DNA of 64,000 bases from Burkholderiaceae bacterium (GTDB lineage: Bacteria > Pseudomonadota > Gammaproteobacteria > Burkholderiales > Burkholderiaceae): assembly GCA_947462685.1 (NCBI GenBank), contig CANHPL010000007.1, forward strand, positions 1,152 through 65,151, in the 5' to 3' direction. Under the pieces are notes generated by a model. That model saw only the letters and a list, made by a program, of their open reading frames with translations, was not told where the DNA came from and did not search any database. Positions 10,828-20,587 of the stretch are shown here, one piece after another. Position 1 is the first letter of the stretch. Each line of letters opens with the position of its first letter. A program made the position numbers and the translations under genes.

Positions 10828-12021
10828 CTATTTTTTCATTTGTAGCAAAACAATCGCCTGAGCTTCAATCGCCTCAGAATTTCCTAAATAACCTAGACCT
10901 TCATTAGTTTTTGCTTTGATATTAACTCTTGAGGCATCTACGACTAATGATTCACTAATCTTTTCAATCATACTGGATATATATGGAGATAGCTTTGGGT
11001 CCTGACAAATAATCGTAGCATCCAGATTAATAAGTTCCAAACCCTTCTCTTGTATCAATTGATAGGTTTTTTTTAACAAATCGGCACTATTTACATTTTT
11101 ATACAGTGGATCAGAATCTGGAAAATGTTTACCAATATCACCAAGGCCAGAAGCCCCTAACAAAGCATCTGTAATGGCATGTAATAAAGCATCTGCATCG
11201 GAATGACCCAATAAACCTAGTGTATAAGGCACTACTACTCCACCAAGAATAAGAGATCGACCTTCAACAAGTCGGTGCACATCATATCCCTGACCAATAC
11301 GCATCGATGATTCCTTATGATATAGCTGTTCCATGGTGGATAAATCCTCTTGGTAAGTGATTTTAAAATTCTCGAGGGAGCCCTTGACTAATAATGGTGA
11401 AAATCCCATTGCCTCCATTGCACTTGCTTCATCTGTTATTTCTATGTCATTGGTGTGCGCTTGTTCAATCGCAGTTTTTAATTGGCCCAACTGAAACATT
11501 TGTGGGGTTTGTGCCTGCCATAAGAGGTTTCTACTCAGAGTTTTTTGAATCATTGCATGATCCCTACTAGATTGCTTGAGAGTGTCTGCCAAAGGCAAAG
11601 CCAAGATCCCACCGCATAATGATGCATCTTGCAAAATGGCAGAAATTAAATGCTGCACATCTTTTTTCCTCACACCAGGTCTTGCAGCATCATGAACCAA
11701 TACCCAATCCGTCAATGGAACCCCTTGATCAATCATCCATTTCAGGGTGTTTAATACTGTTTCAGCTCGTGTTTTGCCACCTGTTGGAGTTACATGTATG
11801 GGTTTAGATAAAGACGATTTCAATTGTAGGCTTGGATCAGAACTTCCTACCCAAATAGACGAAATTTCCACCATCGATATAAATAATTCAAGCGAATGAT
11901 CAATAACTCTTTTACCTGCAAGCATCTGAAATTGCTTAGGAATATCTCCTCCAAATCGTGACCCATTGCCGGCGCACGGTATTAATACATGGCATCTTGG
12001 TGAATTCGGTGCATTTGGCAT
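10828..12021 (-). CDS. ispDF: Bifunctional 2-C-methyl-D-erythritol 4-phosphate cytidylyltransferase / 2-C-methyl-D-erythritol 2,4-cyclodiphosphate synthase (IspD-IspF fusion)
   Basis: The N-terminal half has IPCAGNGSRFG and VHDAARP (IspD). The C-terminal half starts at internal Met240 (nt 11304) with MRIGQGYDVHRL..GHSDADALLHA (IspF). Confidence 0.92.
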   Translation of the reverse strand: MPNAPNSPRCHVLIPCAGNGSRFGGDIPKQFQMLAGKRVIDHSLELFISMVEISSIWVGSSDPSLQLKSSLSKPIHVTPTGGKTRAETVLNTLKWMIDQGVPLTDWVLVHDAARPGVRKKDVQHLISAILQDASLCGGILALPLADTLKQSSRDHAMIQKTLSRNLLWQAQTPQMFQLGQLKTAIEQAHTNDIEITDEASAMEAMGFSPLLVKGSLENFKITYQEDLSTMEQLYHKESSMRIGQGYDVHRLVEGRSLILGGVVVPYTLGLLGHSDADALLHAITDALLGASGLGDIGKHFPDSDPLYKNVNSADLLKKTYQLIQEKGLELINLDATIICQDPKLSPYISSMIEKISESLVVDASRVNIKAKTNEGLGYLGNSEAIEAQAIVLLQMKK

Positions 12022-12079
12022 ACAAAATTTCTTTCAATAAGTTTTTAAGCAATCATGCTTCAATTCTATAATGTAGACA

Positions 12080-15000
12080 ATGTCCCATAACAAAGTTGTA
12101 AAAACGCATCCTTATCCACACCTAATTCAGCTCACGCCCCCCTTAAAAGGACCTGAGCTCGGGAAACGCTTTACCTGGAATCATTGTATTGGCTCAAGTG
12201 ACGCGGGTGTAATTGCGGAACACGCCAAATTTTACAGAAGTCAATTTTCTATCATGGTGGTGATTTGTAGTGAACCAACGACGGCTCAACGACTCTCTCA
12301 AGAAATCCCCCTTTTTAATTCCGAACTTCGGGTTTCTTTACTCCCGGATTGGGAGATTTTGCCTTATGACCAGTTTTCTCCCCACCATGATCTCATTTCT
12401 GAACGATTAAAAACCCTGTATGACATGATGACGGGTGTATGCGATGTTGTCATCATACCCATTAGTTCTGTCCTCACTCGCCTTGCTCCTCCTGAGTTCT
12501 TGGCAGCGAATACTTTCTTTTTTCAGCAAGGTAACAGCATCAATGAAGCCGCCTTACAACAACAACTTCAACAAGGTGGCTATGACCCCGTTTCTGCAGT
12601 TGTAAGGCCCGGTGAGTATAGTATTCGTGGTGGTCTGATTGACTTGTTCCCGATGGGAGCAGCTCTGCCGTTCAGAATTGATTTATTCGGAGATGTGATT
12701 GATCAAATCAAAGTATTTGATCCAGATACACAACGCAGTCTTTATCCAGTAAAAGAAATTAAATTACTGCCCGGACATGAATTTCCGTTTCATGAACAAG
12801 CACGTAAAGATTTTCGCGGTAAGTGGCGTGAAATTTTCGATGGTAATCCTGCAAAATGCCCTTTGTACAAAGATGTTGGACTTGGTATTCCTGGTGCTGG
12901 TATTGAGTCCTATCTCCCGCTCTTTTTTGAACAAACATCTCTGATTTTTGATTATTTACCAAAATCTGATCTTCCGGCATGGATATGGGGTATTGGAAAC
13001 TTACAGCTGGCAATACAGGAATATTGGAAAGGTATTCAAGAGCGCTATCATTTTTTATCACATGATTCTGAACACCCAATTTTAGCGCCTGCAGAACTCT
13101 ATCAAAACGAAGAGAGTTTTTTCTCGCTTCTCAAACCCTTTGCAAGAGTCTTTTTAGATACTCCTGAGAAAGATTCAGACAATCCATATTTTTCACCACC
13201 ACCAGATGTTGCGGTCATTCGACGAAATAAAGACCCTATTTTGCAATTAAAACAATATTTTCGTGAATCAACCCATCGGATTCTGATTTGTGCAGATAGT
13301 CCTGGTCGCAGAGAAGCAATTAAACAATTGCTTGACGAGCCTATGGGTCACGATTCAAAAGATAATATTCATGTTGAGGCATTTTCTAATATTCCTGAAT
13401 TTTTAGTCAGTGAACAACGTATTGGGATGGTGGTTGCACCTTTATTTGATGGCTTTATTTCCAAACATCAACAACTGACTCTCCTTACTGAATCAGAAAT
13501 TTTTGCTAACTCTTCCGAGCAAAGAAAAGCTGGAAAAATAGGTAAAAAAGATCAAGCAACCAATGTCGATTATTTGGTTCGGGATCTTTCTGAATTAAAA
13601 ATTGGTGATCCTGTGGTTCATTCAGAGCATGGGATTGGACGCTATCAGGGATTATTGATACTTGATCTTGGGCAAGGAGATGAAGAATTTTTACATCTTC
13701 GATATGCCAATAGCGCTACTTTATATGTTCCCGTTCATCAATTACATTTAATCTCTCGCTACTCAGGGTCGGACTCTGATAATGCCCCCCTTCACAATCT
13801 GGGTTCGGGTCAATGGGAAAAAGCAAAAAGAAAAGCTGCCCAACAAATTAGAGACACGGCTGCAGAACTTCTGAATATTTACGCCAAAAGAGCCCTCAGA
13901 CATGGTCATGCTTTTGAATATTCTAGTCATGATTATGATGCGTTTGCTGAAAGTTTTGGTTTTGAAGAAACTATAGATCAGCAAAATGCAATTGATGAAG
14001 TGATTAAAGATATGACGAGCGGCCAACCCATGGATCGCTTGATTTGTGGTGATGTTGGTTTTGGTAAAACTGAGGTTGCTTTAAGGGCAAGTTTTGTCGC
14101 TGTGATGGGTGGCAAACAAGTTGCTATTTTAGCGCCAACCACATTGCTTTCTGAACAACATGCGAATACTTGGAAAAATCGATTTGCTGATTGGCCTGTA
14201 AAAATTGTTGAAGTCTCACGTTTTCAGTCGGCCAAGGAAATTAAACAAGCACTGGAAGCTCTTGAGAATGGTCATGCCGATATCATCATTGGCACGCATA
14301 AACTACTCTCCCCTGAAATTAAATTTAATCGCTTAGGACTGGTGATTATTGATGAGGAACATCGTTTTGGTGTTAGGCAAAAAGAAACCTTCAAAGCATT
14401 ACGAGCGGAAGTTGATGTCCTAACCCTCACAGCGACACCAATTCCTCGGACCTTGGGAATGGCTCTTGAGGGTTTAAGGGAGTTATCTGTTATCGCCACA
14501 GCTCCTCAAAAACGCTTGGCGATTAAAACTTTTGTCAGACGTGAAGGTGATGGCGTCATTCGTGAAGCTATCCTTCGTGAATTAAAGCGTGGCGGACAAG
14601 TTTATTTTTTACACAATGAAGTTGAAACTATTGAAAATAGACGTCAAGCACTTGAAAAATTAATTCCAGAAGCTAGAGTTGGAGTTGCTCATGGTCAAAT
14701 GCATGAAAGAAACCTAGAGCAAGTCATGCATGATTTCGTTGCCAAACGGTGTAATGTTTTACTATGTTCGACCATTATTGAAACAGGTATTGATGTTCCA
14801 TCGGCAAACACAATCATCATGCACCGTGCAGATAAATTTGGTTTAGCGCAGTTACATCAATTACGAGGTCGTGTGGGAAGATCACATCATCAAGCTTATG
14901 CCTATTTACTTGTGCCAGATCCTGACGGTCTTACCAAACAAGCTAAATTACGCTTGGATGCTATCGTCTCAATGGAAGAACTCGGGTCTGGATTTTATTT

Positions 15001-15607
15001 GGCCATGCATGACCTAGAAATTAGAGGTGCTGGGGAGGTTTTAGGAGATAAACAATCTGGGGATATCCATGAAATTGGTTTTCAGCTTTACACAGAAATG
15101 CTGAACAAAGCAATTTCTGAATTGAAGAAAGGGAAAGAACCTGATTTATTAAGTCCAATGCATGCAATTACGGATATTTCGTTGGGCTGTCCAGCACTAT
15201 TACCAAATGCTTATTGTCCAGATGTTCACGAACGACTATCTTTATATAAACGTCTCTCAAGCGCAAATCTTTCTGAGGATATTGATGATATCCATTCAGA
15301 AATTATCGATCGCTTTGGGGACCTCCCCGAATCAGCTAAAACTCTGTTAGATAATCATCGGCTTCGTTTGCAAATGGAAAAATTAGGTATTAAAAAAATT
15401 GAAGCCTCAACTGAGGCCATTAAAATTCAATTTATTCCCCAACCTCATATTGATCCGATGAAAATTATTCAGCTGATTCAAAAAGATCGATTTGTCCAAC
15501 TGTCGGGTCAAGATCGACTGAGGATTTCTCCCAATCCTGCCAACGGTTTTCAATTACTGGAACAGCGTACCTTTGCACTAAAAAAACTTCTCTCTTATCT
15601 TTCTTAA
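12080..15607 (+). CDS. mfd: Transcription-repair coupling factor Mfd
   Basis: 1175 aa with a CarD-like segment (GDPVVHSEHGIGRY). Superfamily-2 helicase motifs GDVGFGKTEVA, DEEHRFG and QLRGRVGR are present. Confidence 0.97.
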   Translation: MSHNKVVKTHPYPHLIQLTPPLKGPELGKRFTWNHCIGSSDAGVIAEHAKFYRSQFSIMVVICSEPTTAQRLSQEIPLFNSELRVSLLPDWEILPYDQFSPHHDLISERLKTLYDMMTGVCDVVIIPISSVLTRLAPPEFLAANTFFFQQGNSINEAALQQQLQQGGYDPVSAVVRPGEYSIRGGLIDLFPMGAALPFRIDLFGDVIDQIKVFDPDTQRSLYPVKEIKLLPGHEFPFHEQARKDFRGKWREIFDGNPAKCPLYKDVGLGIPGAGIESYLPLFFEQTSLIFDYLPKSDLPAWIWGIGNLQLAIQEYWKGIQERYHFLSHDSEHPILAPAELYQNEESFFSLLKPFARVFLDTPEKDSDNPYFSPPPDVAVIRRNKDPILQLKQYFRESTHRILICADSPGRREAIKQLLDEPMGHDSKDNIHVEAFSNIPEFLVSEQRIGMVVAPLFDGFISKHQQLTLLTESEIFANSSEQRKAGKIGKKDQATNVDYLVRDLSELKIGDPVVHSEHGIGRYQGLLILDLGQGDEEFLHLRYANSATLYVPVHQLHLISRYSGSDSDNAPLHNLGSGQWEKAKRKAAQQIRDTAAELLNIYAKRALRHGHAFEYSSHDYDAFAESFGFEETIDQQNAIDEVIKDMTSGQPMDRLICGDVGFGKTEVALRASFVAVMGGKQVAILAPTTLLSEQHANTWKNRFADWPVKIVEVSRFQSAKEIKQALEALENGHADIIIGTHKLLSPEIKFNRLGLVIIDEEHRFGVRQKETFKALRAEVDVLTLTATPIPRTLGMALEGLRELSVIATAPQKRLAIKTFVRREGDGVIREAILRELKRGGQVYFLHNEVETIENRRQALEKLIPEARVGVAHGQMHERNLEQVMHDFVAKRCNVLLCSTIIETGIDVPSANTIIMHRADKFGLAQLHQLRGRVGRSHHQAYAYLLVPDPDGLTKQAKLRLDAIVSMEELGSGFYLAMHDLEIRGAGEVLGDKQSGDIHEIGFQLYTEMLNKAISELKKGKEPDLLSPMHAITDISLGCPALLPNAYCPDVHERLSLYKRLSSANLSEDIDDIHSEIIDRFGDLPESAKTLLDNHRLRLQMEKLGIKKIEASTEAIKIQFIPQPHIDPMKIIQLIQKDRFVQLSGQDRLRISPNPANGFQLLEQRTFALKKLLSYLS

Positions 15608-15611
15608 GCCT

Positions 15612-16472
15612 ATGAATCGACTGATCCTCACCCACCGCTCTGAAATACCTCAAATTCTTGTTAAAAAGATATTTGAACAATATGGGGTTCTATCACATCG
15701 GTCTCTCAGTATTAAGACGATGGAGTTTCATTGTGCTCAGTCTTTTGATTTAAAAAGTAAAAAGGCATTACAACAACTTGCTAATGAATCTTCAACAGAC
15801 ACGATTTTTTTAAAAGAAACTTTTCATCCCAAGCAGATTCAGTTACTCGCTTTTGATATGGATTCAACTCTAATTAATATTGAATGTATCGATGAGATTG
15901 CTAGACAATGTGGCAAGGTTGAAGAGGTCAGCAAAATCACTGAAGCCAGTATGCGTGGGGAAATCAAGGATTTTTCTGAAAGTTTAATCGCCAGAGTAAG
16001 CCTTCTCAAAGGTGTCTATGCTTCTGATTTAGAAATCGTATATCAAGAGCGGTTAGGACTCAATCCTGGCGCAGAAAACTTAATCCAAGCAGCCAAAGCA
16101 ATGGGCTGGAAAACACTTCTAGTTTCAGGCGGATTTACATTCTTTACCAATAAAATCAAAGATCTTTTACAACTAGACGAAGCGCATTCAAATACACTAG
16201 AAATCATTGGCGGACGCTTAACCGGAAGGGTATTAGGTCCGATAGTTGATGGTGCGGCAAAAGCAAGCTTTGTAAAGCTTGCATGCGCACGATTAGGGGT
16301 CTCAACTCAAGCAGCTCTTGTGATGGGAGATGGCTCTAATGACCTCCCCATGATGGCAAATGCTGGGCTATCCATTGGCTACCAGCCAAAACCCATTGTG
16401 CAAGAAAAAGCCGACGGAACTTTTCAGTTTGTCGGCTTAGATGGTGTGCTTGATTTATTTCAAGCGGATTAA
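15612..16472 (+). CDS. serB: Phosphoserine phosphatase SerB (HAD family)
   Basis: HAD motif I FDMDSTLI, motif SGGF and GDGSNDLPM are present. Lies 4 nt downstream of mfd. Confidence 0.88.
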   Translation: MNRLILTHRSEIPQILVKKIFEQYGVLSHRSLSIKTMEFHCAQSFDLKSKKALQQLANESSTDTIFLKETFHPKQIQLLAFDMDSTLINIECIDEIARQCGKVEEVSKITEASMRGEIKDFSESLIARVSLLKGVYASDLEIVYQERLGLNPGAENLIQAAKAMGWKTLLVSGGFTFFTNKIKDLLQLDEAHSNTLEIIGGRLTGRVLGPIVDGAAKASFVKLACARLGVSTQAALVMGDGSNDLPMMANAGLSIGYQPKPIVQEKADGTFQFVGLDGVLDLFQAD

Positions 16473-16473
16473 T

Positions 16474-17655
16474 TTACAAACGCTCAAAAATTGCAGCAAT
16501 TCCTTGTCCACCACCGATACACATCGTCACTAATGCGTACTTGCCACCAGCTCTGTGTAATTCGTAAATTGCCTTTGTAGCGATAACAGCACCGGAAGCC
16601 CCAATTGGATGACCAATTGAAATTGCACCACCATTAGGATTAGTTTTCGTCATATCTAATTCAAGAACCTTAGCGACCGTTAAAGCTTGTGCTGCAAACG
16701 CTTCATTTGATTCAATCACGTCCATGTGAGCTAAAGTTAATCTCGCTTTTGAAAGTGCTAATCTTGTCGCAGGAATTGGACCTTCTCCCATAACATCATT
16801 TGGCACCCCTGCAACAGCATAAGAAACTAAGCGAGCAATTGGCTTTTGCCCAGCCTTTTGGGCTGCCTGAGCAGAAGCTAAAACAAAGAAGGATGCGCCA
16901 TCATTGATGGTTGAAGCATTTCCCGCAGTAACAGTACCGTTCTCTTTTAAAAATACTGGTTTGAGCTTGCCTAAGCTTTCAATGGATGTTTCAGCCTTAA
17001 CACCTTCATCGTTATCAACTATGATGTCGCCTTTACGGGTTTTAACAGTTACAGGAACAATTTGCTCTTTGAAACGACCAGAAGCAATAGCAGCCGCAGC
17101 TTTTTGATGCGAGGTGACTGCAAAAGCATCTTGCTCCTCTCGCGTTATATTCCATTTTTTCGCTAAGTTTTCTGCAGTAATGCCCATATGACCAACACCA
17201 AAGGGGTCATTTAATGGGGAAACCATTAAGTCGATTAATTTGGTATCACCCATTCTGGCGCCATTTCTCATTGCTTGAGAACCGTAGAGTCCACGTGACA
17301 TGACTTCTACTCCACCACCAATTGCATATTCACAATCTCCTAACATAATTTGCTGAGCAGAAGTAACGATTCCTTGAAGGCCAGAACTACATAAACGATT
17401 GACAGCCATTGCTACTGAATCCATCGACAAACCAGCTTGGATTGATGCGACACGGGCAACGTAGGCGTACCTAGTTTCAGTAGGAATGCAATTGCCAACA
17501 GTAACGTAATTGATCAATGCAGGATCAACTTTAGAGCGAGCTACTGCTTCTTTCATCACAACGCCCGCTAAATCAGCTGGTTCCATTGAGCTCAAAGAGC
17601 CATTAAAGCTACCAACAGCAGATCGTACCGCACTTAAAACGACAACTTCTTGCAT
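16474..17655 (-). CDS. phaA: Acetyl-CoA C-acetyltransferase (thiolase II)
   Basis: 393 aa with active-site NRLCSSGLQ (Cys), C-terminal GHPIGASG and CIGGGQG motifs. It lies near the phaCB-phaR genes but is separated from them by rimO. Confidence 0.88.
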   Translation of the reverse strand: MQEVVVLSAVRSAVGSFNGSLSSMEPADLAGVVMKEAVARSKVDPALINYVTVGNCIPTETRYAYVARVASIQAGLSMDSVAMAVNRLCSSGLQGIVTSAQQIMLGDCEYAIGGGVEVMSRGLYGSQAMRNGARMGDTKLIDLMVSPLNDPFGVGHMGITAENLAKKWNITREEQDAFAVTSHQKAAAAIASGRFKEQIVPVTVKTRKGDIIVDNDEGVKAETSIESLGKLKPVFLKENGTVTAGNASTINDGASFFVLASAQAAQKAGQKPIARLVSYAVAGVPNDVMGEGPIPATRLALSKARLTLAHMDVIESNEAFAAQALTVAKVLELDMTKTNPNGGAISIGHPIGASGAVIATKAIYELHRAGGKYALVTMCIGGGQGIAAIFERL

Positions 17656-17754
17656 ACTTCCCCCTTAGAAAATTAAAACTTCAATCAAAGTCTTACCTCA
17701 TATTTAATTACGTAATGATGTAACTAATATGGAATTCTTCTCGTCAACATCATC

Positions 17755-19110
17755 TTAATGTATTGCAACCAAATCGTGACCTTGGGTATTGGCAATCGTT
17801 ACCTTAATGAATTCTCCACTACGATAACGTTTTGAGGGACGCTCAGGTGGTTGCACATAGACCAAACCATCTATTTCAGGGGCATCCGCATAACTTCGGG
17901 CTATGCCACCCTGAGTATTAACGGAGTCAACTAAAACTCTGATTCTTTTGCCAATTACTGTAGTCAATTTTTTCGTTGATACTTCTTCTGCAGATTGCAT
18001 AAACCTTGCACGTCTTTCTTCACGAATTTTATCTGGAACAGGATTTGCCAAATCATTGGCTTTTGCACCCTTTACAGGAGAATATGCAAAGCACCCGACG
18101 CGATCTAATTGGGCTTCTTTAATAAAGGATAATAAATGTTCAAATTCTTCCTCAGTCTCTCCAGGAAAACCAGCAATAAATGTACTGCGAATGACTATAT
18201 CAGGACAAATTGCACGCCAATTGGCTATTCTTGAAATGGTCTTTTCACCACCAGCAGGTCTTTTCATGCGCTTTAATACATCAGGGTGAGAGTGTTGTAG
18301 CGGAATATCTAAATACGGTAAAAGACCATTGCCATGCTCCGAAAAATCAGCCATTAAAGGGATGATGTCATCGACATGTGGATAAGGATAGACATAGTGC
18401 AAGCGAACCCAAGCATCGTTTTCCCTAGCTAGTATCTTCAGCTCTTGAACTAATTCGAAGAGCCTAGACTTCATCGGACGACCATTCCAAAAACCTGTCC
18501 GATATTGAATATCAACACCATAGGCACTCGTATCCTGAGAAACCACTAATAATTCTTTTACTCCTGATTGAAAAAGTGCTTGTGCCTCGCGCAAGACGTC
18601 ATCGATTGACCTAGAGACTAACCCGCCACGCATATCCGGAATAATACAAAAAGTACATGAATGATTACACCCTTCGGAAATTTTCAAATAAGCGTAGTGT
18701 TTGGGGGTTAATTTAATACCAATATCGGGTACCAAATCCATAAAAGGATCATGGGGTTTGGGTAAGTTTTGATGAATGGCATCAAGTACCTCATTCGTAG
18801 CATGAGGACCAGTGACAGCCAACACTTTAGGGTGATGTTTAAAAACGGTATTTTGGCCATCGTTTTCGGTCTTTGCACCTAAACAACCAGTAACTATGAC
18901 TCGCCCATTTTCATGTAAAGCTTCACCAATCGCTTGCAAGCTCTCCTCTACAGCCGAGTCGATAAATCCGCAGGTATTCACAATAACGATTTCTGCATCA
19001 CTATAATTTTTTGCGATTTCATAACCCTCGGCACTTAATCGCGTGAGAATTAATTCAGAATCAACGAGAGCTTTAGGGCATCCTAAAGAGACAAAACCAA
19101 CTTTTGACAA
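17755..19110 (-). CDS. rimO: Ribosomal protein S12 methylthiotransferase RimO
   Basis: N-terminal [13 protein letters not shown], radical-SAM [11 protein letters not shown] and a C-terminal TRAM-like segment. Confidence 0.93.
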   Translation of the reverse strand: MSKVGFVSLGCPKALVDSELILTRLSAEGYEIAKNYSDAEIVIVNTCGFIDSAVEESLQAIGEALHENGRVIVTGCLGAKTENDGQNTVFKHHPKVLAVTGPHATNEVLDAIHQNLPKPHDPFMDLVPDIGIKLTPKHYAYLKISEGCNHSCTFCIIPDMRGGLVSRSIDDVLREAQALFQSGVKELLVVSQDTSAYGVDIQYRTGFWNGRPMKSRLFELVQELKILARENDAWVRLHYVYPYPHVDDIIPLMADFSEHGNGLLPYLDIPLQHSHPDVLKRMKRPAGGEKTISRIANWRAICPDIVIRSTFIAGFPGETEEEFEHLLSFIKEAQLDRVGCFAYSPVKGAKANDLANPVPDKIREERRARFMQSAEEVSTKKLTTVIGKRIRVLVDSVNTQGGIARSYADAPEIDGLVYVQPPERPSKRYRSGEFIKVTIANTQGHDLVAIH

Positions 19111-19122
19111 AACGTAGTTCCT

Positions 19123-19764
19123 TTAAGGCTTGAATGATTTAAATGGAAAACCCGACATCATCTTTGGCGATTGGGATTGGATTTGATCCCAAAATTGAGC
19201 CCCGGCATTTGTAAAAAACTGCATAGGATTTATCAACTCATTTTGTGACCGATTATTGATGAAACTCAACCAAGACTCGGGGGAGGACAGCCCTCCAATT
19301 TTTTGACAATGCAGGCCATATTGATTTTGTAAATCAATGAATTGATTAATATTTTGCTCCAAAAACGGAGACATCATTCCCTGCAGAGAATTACCATAAA
19401 AACGAATCATTTGCATCAAACTTTGGGTCGAGAATAGCGGTTGCCCACCCGACTCTTCCTCCAAAATAATTTGCATCAAAATACTGCGCGTAATTTCTTC
19501 ACCTGTTTTAGCATCTAATACGACAAAAGGCTCTTGTGTCATAACCAGTCCTTTAATGTCAAACAATGTGATGTAGGTGCTGTGTTTCGTATCATAAAGC
19601 CTACGATTAGGGTATTTTTTAATGATCCGCTGACCATGTAACATAACAGACTTTTCAGATTGCTCCTCAGGAGTTTTGGAAGCAGCTAAAGACTTCGCTT
19701 TCGCTGAAGTCTTCTTCGCCACAACTTTTCTTGCTGGTTTGGTATTTGGACTTGCCATAATCAA
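19123..19764 (-). CDS. phaR: Polyhydroxyalkanoate synthesis repressor PhaR
   Basis: IKKYPNRRLYDT..STYITL signature of PhaR. Adjacent to phaB and phaC. Confidence 0.9.
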   Translation of the reverse strand: MIMASPNTKPARKVVAKKTSAKAKSLAASKTPEEQSEKSVMLHGQRIIKKYPNRRLYDTKHSTYITLFDIKGLVMTQEPFVVLDAKTGEEITRSILMQIILEEESGGQPLFSTQSLMQMIRFYGNSLQGMMSPFLEQNINQFIDLQNQYGLHCQKIGGLSSPESWLSFINNRSQNELINPMQFFTNAGAQFWDQIQSQSPKMMSGFPFKSFKP

Positions 19765-19825
19765 TTTACGACCCTTATATGCCTATGGATAACGCATATT
19801 GTAGTCTGATTATTTGTTGGTTCCA

Positions 19826-20566
19826 TTAACTCATATGCAAACCACCATTTAAGGAGAAATCTGCACCAGTAGCAAAACCTCCATCTTCAGAAGCTAACCA
19901 AGCCACCATTGAGGCAATTTCTTCAGGTGTTCCTAGTCTCTTAACAGGAATGGTTTCAATGATTTTATTCAAAACATCTTCCCGAATCGCTTGTACCATA
20001 TCGGTGCCAATATATCCTGGAGAAACGGTATTGATTGTTACACCCTTGGTCGCTACTTCTTGGGCTAGAGCCATTGTAAAACCACGTAAACCTGCTTTTG
20101 CAGTGGCGTAGTTTGTTTGCCCAAACTGGCCTTTTTGTCCATTTACGGAAGAAATGTTAACGACTCTGCCCCAACCTTTTTCGACCATTCCATCAATAAC
20201 CTGTTTTGTTACGTTAAAGAGAGAGTTTAAATTCGTATTAATTACCGCATGCCAGTCCTCAGGCGTCATTTTTCTAAAGACTGTGTCTCGAGTGATACCA
20301 GCATTATTGACCAAAACATCTACTGTACCGATTTCAGCTTTTACTTTGTTAAAAGCAGCTACGGTACTAACCCAATCGCCAACATTACCCTCAGAAGCAT
20401 GAAAATCATACCCAATTGCTTTTTGTTCACCTAACCAGCGATCTTTGCGAGGAGAGTTTGGACCACAACCTGCGATCACAATAAAGCCATCTTTATGTAA
20501 TTTTTGACAAATAGCTGTTCCAATCCCACCCATACCACCTGTAACGTATGCAATTTTTTTACTCAT
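19826..20566 (-). CDS. phaB: Acetoacetyl-CoA reductase (SDR)
   Basis: 246 aa with TGGMGGIGTA cofactor motif and YATAKAG catalytic motif. Directly downstream of phaC. Confidence 0.92.
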   Translation of the reverse strand: MSKKIAYVTGGMGGIGTAICQKLHKDGFIVIAGCGPNSPRKDRWLGEQKAIGYDFHASEGNVGDWVSTVAAFNKVKAEIGTVDVLVNNAGITRDTVFRKMTPEDWHAVINTNLNSLFNVTKQVIDGMVEKGWGRVVNISSVNGQKGQFGQTNYATAKAGLRGFTMALAQEVATKGVTINTVSPGYIGTDMVQAIREDVLNKIIETIPVKRLGTPEEIASMVAWLASEDGGFATGADFSLNGGLHMS

Positions 20567-20587
20567 GATTTCTCCTTAATATTTTTG

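Noticed and set aside
19777-19799. Small dyad ATATGC-N11-GCATAT upstream of phaR, considered as a PhaR autoregulatory operator
   Set aside because: The arms are only 6 bp and AT-rich. I have no reliable PhaR consensus to compare, so this is chance-level.
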